Below are positions 57,799 through 64,000 of a stretch of 64,000 nucleotides of DNA, piece by piece; the stretch's first letter is position 1, and the number at the start of each line of letters is the position of its first letter. The notes beneath the pieces are model-generated. The model did not search any database, was not told the DNA's origin, and saw only the letters and a list, made by a program, of their open reading frames with translations. This DNA is from a virus (lineage: Duplodnaviria > Caudoviricetes). The translations under genes and the position numbers were made by a program. The stretch lies in IMG/VR virus record IMGVR_UViG_3300029288_000145, positions 1 through 64,000 of that record. One strand, given 5' to 3'.

Positions 57799-58703
57799 AC
57801 TGTTTTCCTTATTATTGCTGTTTCATAACCAAGAGCTTTAAGTATCCCTGCCCGGTGGCATCCGTCTATAAGGCGGTTGTCGGTACGTACTACAAGAGGA
57901 CTTTTCAATCCTTTGAGCTTTACATTATTATACAAGTCCAGTTTACTTAATAAGAAATTGTCTGCTTCTTTTTCAGACCATTTTTTACTCCTGTATTTGC
58001 GCAAAAAGTTGGCGTATTCGGACTTCATGGGACTATGGCTGGTATAGAAATCCATTGTGCTGTCACTATTTCCTATTGATTTAATAGGCACCCGGTCAAG
58101 GTGTTTGCTTTTAAATATGATAGACGACATCTCCCTGGGTGACGGGTCTCCTTCTGGATTTATCCAGGGAATATAACCGGTTTCCTCCCAGTCTTTGAAG
58201 TATTCCCTGAGAGCTTCTATGGATGATAACGCCCTCCATGATTTGTATGTTGTTTTTACGGTGACGATAAGGCAATATCTGGTCTTGTATTGTAGTTTGT
58301 CTAGATATTCAAGCCAATCAATGATTCTTAGGTGGTAGTGGACGTTTACAAGTACAGTAACATCAGCCAATGGAAGGAAATTAGTGGCTTTTGTTAGGTC
58401 GTCTAATATTATGTTGTAATCAAGGTCATGATCATCACGGTATTTTATTCCTCGTTCCCATGCGCCTTTATCTGATTCAACTCCTATTACCCGTTTATAT
58501 CCAAGTTCTTTTGCGAGACCCAGATATAATCCGGCATTGCACCCACCTTCAATGTATGTCAGTTCTTTACATAGTTTTGGTAGTAAGGGAAGTACAAAGT
58601 AGTTCCATTTTCCCACGTCCCAGAATTTGCTGTTTTTTTCAAGTTCATACCTTTCGTTTGTGGGATCGCCAGGCAGGTGTTGATATACGTTGTATTCTTT
58701 CAT
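57795..58703 (-). CDS. Class I methyltransferase fused to a ParB/Srx-like domain
   Basis: YIEGGCNAGLY..VIGVESD; C-terminal GLKSPLVV...LIDGCHRAG. Confidence 0.7.
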   Translation of the reverse strand: MKEYNVYQHLPGDPTNERYELEKNSKFWDVGKWNYFVLPLLPKLCKELTYIEGGCNAGLYLGLAKELGYKRVIGVESDKGAWERGIKYRDDHDLDYNIILDDLTKATNFLPLADVTVLVNVHYHLRIIDWLEYLDKLQYKTRYCLIVTVKTTYKSWRALSSIEALREYFKDWEETGYIPWINPEGDPSPREMSSIIFKSKHLDRVPIKSIGNSDSTMDFYTSHSPMKSEYANFLRKYRSKKWSEKEADNFLLSKLDLYNNVKLKGLKSPLVVRTDNRLIDGCHRAGILKALGYETAIIRKTV

Positions 58704-59477
58704 TTATATCCCCCACCTTGGTTTAATTATATTGTTATAGTAATTTTCCCATGTCTCCCGGCTGTAATTGAATGATGCCCTGGAAAGTTCCCCAGAATAA
58801 TGGTGTGTGCGCTTAAAACTCCTGTGTTTGTGTGCGTGGAAGGTGTTTTTGTTTAACATCAACTTACCGCCACGTACCCATGTTTTAAACACCATCTCAT
58901 GACTGTCCTGGTAGTGCGTACCATATCCCTCGGATTGTAATTCCTTGATACAGAAATCCCACCACGATTTTTTCATAATCCATACAGAACCCTGGATGGC
59001 CATGTTCTCGGCAATGGCAACATTTTTTAATTGTTCATCCCGTTCCGGCCATGCCACAGAACTGAATTTTTGTTCCTTGCCGACAATTAGTAGTTTGCAG
59101 AAATTTACCGGTGGTAAGTCCATTATTTTCCATTTCTCCGGGTCGAGATAGTACCTTGTTGGTGCCACTATCCAGTTGTCCTCAAATGTTTCGGTAAGTT
59201 TTTTGTCGTATCCTTCACTAAACAGGCAGTGTTCATCAGTTCTCATGATGAATTCTCCCTTGGCAACGGCAACTCCATGATTTATAGCATTACGCATACC
59301 ATGTGCTTGTCCGTTGTGGACGATTTTTATTCTCCTGTCATTTCTCAATTGTTTTTCCGGCCAATAGCCATCTAAGACTGCAATGATCTCAACATCTCCC
59401 TCTGCATTGTCAAGTAATGAGTCAATGGTTGGGTGAAGAAACGGGTCTTTGTAGCTTGGAATTATTACAGAAAGCAT
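58704..59477 (-). CDS. GT-A glycosyltransferase (GT2/GT27-like)
   Basis: LSVIIPSY, VLDG, RTDEHC (DxH), EMVFKTWVRGGKL...HAH. Confidence 0.85.
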   Translation of the reverse strand: MLSVIIPSYKDPFLHPTIDSLLDNAEGDVEIIAVLDGYWPEKQLRNDRRIKIVHNGQAHGMRNAINHGVAVAKGEFIMRTDEHCLFSEGYDKKLTETFEDNWIVAPTRYYLDPEKWKIMDLPPVNFCKLLIVGKEQKFSSVAWPERDEQLKNVAIAENMAIQGSVWIMKKSWWDFCIKELQSEGYGTHYQDSHEMVFKTWVRGGKLMLNKNTFHAHKHRSFKRTHHYSGELSRASFNYSRETWENYYNNIIKPRWGI

Positions 59478-59491
59478 TTATTATTATTTTA

Positions 59492-60367
59492 TTATGGTTC
59501 ATTTGCTATTGATACAAAGTCAAAGGTGTCCAAATTTGTGTCTCTTATGAATCCAAGATACATACATTTACCGGCAATGGTTGTCCCTGGTAAAAGTCCA
59601 CACTTGTCTTTAAATTTTCCACCATATGTTAATAACCTGGGCACACCGTTGTCATATATCCTGATCCTTTTGTTTCTTCCATTGGCAACAACGCCGGTGG
59701 GATTGTTTATGAGTAGGTCGGTGTCAAGTGCCGTGAATTCAATGTCGTCATAGGAACCGAAGTCTGGCGTAAATGGACTGGTGGTGGTGGTTAATGTCAA
59801 TACCCTGGGTGCGGGAATAACGGGTGTTGTCAGTTCTAATCCGGTTTCACCGGCATTTACTGTAGGAACTTTGCCGGCATTACCGGTATAGGATTTTGTT
59901 ATGCTGTCGGTAAGACTTAGAAATGATTGTACGGAATAAATATCATCCGGCCATGAGTAGGTTAAATCCACCTGTGGCAGATATTGGGCTTTTATCGTTA
60001 TGACGAATATTATAGCAACCGGAGGAGACGCAGGAGTACCACTAAGAGCGTAAGCACCTGAAGTATTAAGAGTAGTCGTAATAAGAACGCCACCCGCTGT
60101 ATATGCAGGGGTTTCTGTAGGTACACCATTAATTTCAGTAATAATAGCATCAGCCAACCCCGGAAACCTGTCGGGTGAGATTGTGTAAAGCGTAGGAGAT
60201 ACTGAGCCACCCCCGACTTTTGGGACTGTAACTGTTCCTGTGTTTGCTGTAATACTGTTCCAAATCGGGATAACATAGTCTATGTTTTTTAATAAGTTAA
60301 TATCTGTTTCATAGTCCTTGTGGTCGTGCATTAACCATCCAAACCGCTTGTCTATTTGTATAGCCAT
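59492..60367 (-). CDS. Fibre-type structural protein
   Basis: Thr/Gly-rich; C-terminal FTPD..LINNPTG..GRNKRIRIYDNG..RLLTYG module typical of phage fibre tips. Confidence 0.55.
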   Translation of the reverse strand: MAIQIDKRFGWLMHDHKDYETDINLLKNIDYVIPIWNSITANTGTVTVPKVGGGSVSPTLYTISPDRFPGLADAIITEINGVPTETPAYTAGGVLITTTLNTSGAYALSGTPASPPVAIIFVITIKAQYLPQVDLTYSWPDDIYSVQSFLSLTDSITKSYTGNAGKVPTVNAGETGLELTTPVIPAPRVLTLTTTTSPFTPDFGSYDDIEFTALDTDLLINNPTGVVANGRNKRIRIYDNGVPRLLTYGGKFKDKCGLLPGTTIAGKCMYLGFIRDTNLDTFDFVSIANEP

Positions 60368-60370
60368 AAA

Positions 60371-61113
60371 TTAAGATGTTTTGTGAAGTACCCATCCGGT
60401 ATATGATCTTAATGTTGCTAATACGCCAGCACCAGTGTCTATGGGGTTATCATACCTGTCACTTTTATAACACTCGAACTTTGCTATACCAGAAGAACTT
60501 TCGTCAATTCTTATTACCCTCCATTTGGGGTCTGTAAATGCTGTGCCTTGTTCAGCCGGATAACACATATATGTCATGCTATTGACGGTATCCTCGACAA
60601 TATATGGGATGCTGAATACATCCCGCAACACCTGTAATATTTCCTGGTCGATCTTCATTATGCAATGGCAATGTATGTTAATGTTCCCGGAGCAACGGCG
60701 GTGATAGCAAACCCATTCTTGGTCAGACTTGATGGAACGCCAACACCAACACTATCAACATCGTTTATTAATAATGTGTATGTTGCAGTAGGAAGTGGTG
60801 CATCAAATGTGATTGTATTTGCACCTGTGGTAAGTTCAACCTGTCCCTCGGCAATGCTTGTTTCGTGGCAGTATCCCTCAATGGCCGTAACGAAGTCGTC
60901 AAATGTTGCTGTGGATGGTGACGATGTGTCAAGCCAGTTCAAAATTACCTTGGCTGGTTCATAAAAGCCATCACCTGATATGTATAGGTGTACTTCGTTT
61001 TTTGCCGGAACCGGGTTTATTGAACTTATGTATCCCTTATTGACGATACGTTTGCGCCCTGAATTCCTTAATATTGTTATGTAATCCGTTCCGTTTGTTA
61101 CTGATGTAGTCAT
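60371..61113 (-). other. Two small structural-type CDS (60371..60658; 60658..61113)
   Basis: First has the YP..GTA..DPKWRVIRI motif common in small virion proteins; TAATG coupling. Confidence 0.5.
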
Positions 61114-61140
61114 TTTTATACTTTTTAATTGTTATTAATA

Positions 61141-62646
61141 TTAACCTGCACCTGATGGACTGGTTGATAAGGATGTTGATACTGAGGATGATATACTTGT
61201 TGATGGACTAAATGAAACCGAACTTGATACAGAGGTAGATTCACTGCTTGATATTGATGTCGATGGGCTTACAGATGAGGATGGACTGCTGGATATACTT
61301 GTGGATGGCGATATTGATATGGAAGTAGAAAGACTTGTTGATATTGAAGTCGATGGACTTGTAGATGGTGATGTGGATATACTGGTTGAAGGACTTGTAG
61401 AAATTGATGTGGAGGGACTGATAGATATTGATGTCGATATGCTGGTAGATGGACTATTTGATATAGATGTTGAAGGACTGAGGGAGATTGATGTGGACGG
61501 TGATGTTGATGGACTGGATGATACCGAAGTTGAAAGACTTGATGATATTGAGGTTGAGGGGCTGATAGAACTGGATAAAGAACTCGATATACTGCGTGAC
61601 GGGGAACTTGACCTACTTAGCGATGGCGATGTTGATATAGAAGTACTTGGTGATATTGATACACTGCTCGACAAACTGCGTGATGGTGAAGTTGATGGAC
61701 TTAATGACGGTGATGTTGATACTGATGTCGATGGACTCAATGACGAGGATATACTTGACGACACACTTATTGACGGCGATGTTGATATTGAGGTCGAGGG
61801 TGATATTGAAACGCTACTGGAAACACTTGTCGATGGTGAACTGGATACACTGGTCGATGGGGAAGTACTGATACTTGTCGACACCGATGTTGATACCGAA
61901 CTGGATACACTGGTTGATGCAGAACTTGATATTGAACTGGAAGGACTGGTTGATATACTGCTTGATATTGACAACGAAGGGCTGACAGATAATGATGGGC
62001 TACTGGATACCGATGTAGACGGACTGTGTGATATTGAACTGGATATACTTGTTGAGGGTGAAAATGCGTCCCTGTGTGTAACCTGCCAGATGTTTGCAAC
62101 AACATTTATGGCTCTTTCCATTACGGTGCCGGCAGCCGTCCAGCTTTCCCGGTAGTCACCATTTGACAACGTGCCATTTACGGTGTAGTATATGTAATCA
62201 CCGTCAACATACGTGTTCCCGTGTGGGTTTGATGCGGCGATTATCTTGGCAAGTAATTGTGTAGTATTCAGGTCAATAGACATGAGGCACTGACCTAATT
62301 TGGTATCATTGTATGTAAGCAATGACATTGTTGAATTAACCGGCATTGCTTTGAAATAAATTATTTCATCACAACTTATGATATTCAATGCGTTTACCAA
62401 TTCACCACCCTTGGTAAGTACAGGAAGTTCAACTCTTGTTCCTGGGACAAACTCATCGACCATAGCCAATAAGCTGGCATATGTTTCGGTTGTAATGTAT
62501 TTGAAGGTCAGAAAGGCTTCCTGGTATTCAAATTGACGGGTACTCCCCTTGTCTCTGATGTTTGACATACGACCCACATTGAAATACTTAGTCTCGCTGT
62601 GTGCTGTATTGTTCTTTTTTGTGGTGGTTAAATAGGCGAACTGCAT
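61141..62646 (-). CDS. Protein with about 195-aa N-domain and about 305-aa (Ser-X)n tail
   Basis: Ser at alternate positions from about 62062 to 61147; first gene after the promoter at 62662. Confidence 0.8.
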   Translation of the reverse strand: MQFAYLTTTKKNNTAHSETKYFNVGRMSNIRDKGSTRQFEYQEAFLTFKYITTETYASLLAMVDEFVPGTRVELPVLTKGGELVNALNIISCDEIIYFKAMPVNSTMSLLTYNDTKLGQCLMSIDLNTTQLLAKIIAASNPHGNTYVDGDYIYYTVNGTLSNGDYRESWTAAGTVMERAINVVANIWQVTHRDAFSPSTSISSSISHSPSTSVSSSPSLSVSPSLSISSSISTSPSSSISSSASTSVSSSVSTSVSTSISTSPSTSVSSSPSTSVSSSVSISPSTSISTSPSISVSSSISSSLSPSTSVSTSPSLSPSTSPSRSLSSSVSISPSTSISTSPSLSRSSSPSRSISSSLSSSISPSTSISSSLSTSVSSSPSTSPSTSISLSPSTSISNSPSTSISTSISISPSTSISTSPSTSISTSPSTSPSTSISTSLSTSISISPSTSISSSPSSSVSPSTSISSSESTSVSSSVSFSPSTSISSSVSTSLSTSPSGAG

Positions 62647-62661
62647 TGCTTTTTTTGTTTA

Positions 62662-62692
62662 CAAAATTAGTAAATAATAACTGCGTTTCAAA
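62662..62692 (-). promoter_or_regulatory. Promoter of the Ser-repeat/glycosyltransferase operon, structural-gene class
   Basis: TTTG-N19-TAATTTTG. Confidence 0.7.
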
Positions 62693-64000
62693 GTTGAGGC
62701 ATTTCAGTCTCTTTCTCTTTTTCTAATTTTCTCTCCTGCTTTTCAAGTTTATCAAAATCTGTCTCTTCATCTATTTTAATATTGGGGTTAATTTTCTTTA
62801 ATTCTGTGGCATATTTTAATATAAAATACATTCTTGCCCATTTCTGTCCCTGTTCGTAATCGTCTCTTAATTTTTCCTTTAGTTCATCATGGGTTATTTC
62901 TTCATCATCAATATTATTAAGATCAACGGCGGCTAGTCTTAATTTTGCCTGGTTGCTCATTCTGGAATATTCAGAATATAATTTACTTGATAATTTAATT
63001 TTTTCTCCACTTATAACAAGCGTATGTGATGGTGATGTTGGCAATAACTCGCTGTCTCCGGTTGTTTTATAAAGACTATAAAGCCTGTAATATGGATGTT
63101 TTGTATCTACTTTTCTTCCTTTAAATATGCTGAATAAATTGAATAATACATCATTACGACCTTCTGGTGCTATGGGTATTTGCTCTCCGGATATATCAAT
63201 CTTTGGCGCAAGTTCTTTTCCACTAAACAACCTTATCTTTTGACGGTTAAGTATAGTTTGCCACATATCCTCATCCTTTGTTTCCTTTAATACTTCCAAT
63301 TTACTCCTGCTTATTGTAGATAGCCAGTTTGGTACTAATGGTAGCGTTGTGGTATTTATCATGGCATTTAACCATTCCGTACCATACCTATCTCCGTCCT
63401 GTAGTGCATTTAAGGTATTACTGGTTCCCTGAACAAATGGTTGTTCAAGCGATATACTGGCCAAAGAACTTATTTTGTTAAATACTTCTGTCACGCTAAA
63501 TTTTAACTCATTCATATCTTTTATTTCTTTGGCGGACATACCTTTATACTTGCTTGCATTGAGTCCAACAACCATCCCTACTATTCCGGTTTTGTTATAT
63601 GCAATACGGCGGTCTCCATCTTTCGCTCCACCTTTGGAGTTTCCCATAATCCAACGCATTAACAGGCTGGTATTAAGTTCGTATGGTCTGTCAAATTTGT
63701 ACCTCATTTCTTTAACAGCCTCATCCTCTTCTTTTATAGAACCTGATACTATGTCATTCTGTACTAACTGGCCTATGACATATTGCAGGGTCATTCCGAC
63801 CAAGTATGTATTGAGACTGTTTATGGCCTTATATTTTTCACCCCTAGAGGCATGATATAAAAATGTCAACATATTCAGTTCGGGTATTCCGATCATAACA
63901 AATCGCTTGAATACATTGAGCGGTGTTCTCATAAATAGAAATTGGGAACGAGCTAATACTTTTAAGGCGGCTCCGATAACGGGTTTATCTCCTAAATAAT
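62688..64000 (-). CDS. C-terminal part of a large internal virion/ejection-type protein (runs off the right edge)
   Basis: Frame stays open upstream of track start 63932 to the edge (YLGDKPVIGAALKVLARSQFLFMRTPLN); FMRTPLN, QPFVQG and PLVPNW patterns. Confidence 0.55.
   Translation of the reverse strand, partial: YLGDKPVIGAALKVLARSQFLFMRTPLNVFKRFVMIGIPELNMLTFLYHASRGEKYKAINSLNTYLVGMTLQYVIGQLVQNDIVSGSIKEEDEAVKEMRYKFDRPYELNTSLLMRWIMGNSKGGAKDGDRRIAYNKTGIVGMVVGLNASKYKGMSAKEIKDMNELKFSVTEVFNKISSLASISLEQPFVQGTSNTLNALQDGDRYGTEWLNAMINTTTLPLVPNWLSTISRSKLEVLKETKDEDMWQTILNRQKIRLFSGKELAPKIDISGEQIPIAPEGRNDVLFNLFSIFKGRKVDTKHPYYRLYSLYKTTGDSELLPTSPSHTLVISGEKIKLSSKLYSEYSRMSNQAKLRLAAVDLNNIDDEEITHDELKEKLRDDYEQGQKWARMYFILKYATELKKINPNIKIDEETDFDKLEKQERKLEKEKETEMPQL

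Noticed and set aside
1-64000. Diversity-generating retroelement or stop-codon reassignment (both known in crAss-related phages)
   Set aside because: No reverse transcriptase motifs or template/variable repeat pair seen; long genes are intact under code 11 and use TAA, TGA and TAG as stops.

Overview
64 kb of a tailed dsDNA phage genome, truncated at both ends. The host is almost certainly Bacteroidota: at least 15 promoters match or nearly match TTTG-N19-21-TAnnTTTG, and start regions are A-rich without SD motifs. The morphogenesis genes (portal, intein-split TerL, major capsid, scaffold, ring/fibre-like proteins) look distantly crAss-like. Replication is an initiator with internal iterons plus a T7/Twinkle-type primase-helicase and a YqaJ recombination pair; no DNA polymerase or tyrosine recombinase is visible. 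Two systems stand out. (1) An integron-like cassette system: four gaplessly aligning 82-bp attI-like sites, each followed by one cassette closed by an attC-like hairpin, with 13-17 complementary bp between cassette ends and the cargo ORF antisense to att polarity. (2) One late operon combining three proteins with strict (Ser-X)n tracts (up to about 1,100 aa) with five GT-A glycosyltransferases (two with ppGalNAc-T-like motifs), two methyltransferases and a radical SAM enzyme, suggesting a phage-made mucin/SRRP-like glycan coat. All family assignments are motif recognition by eye, not database hits.
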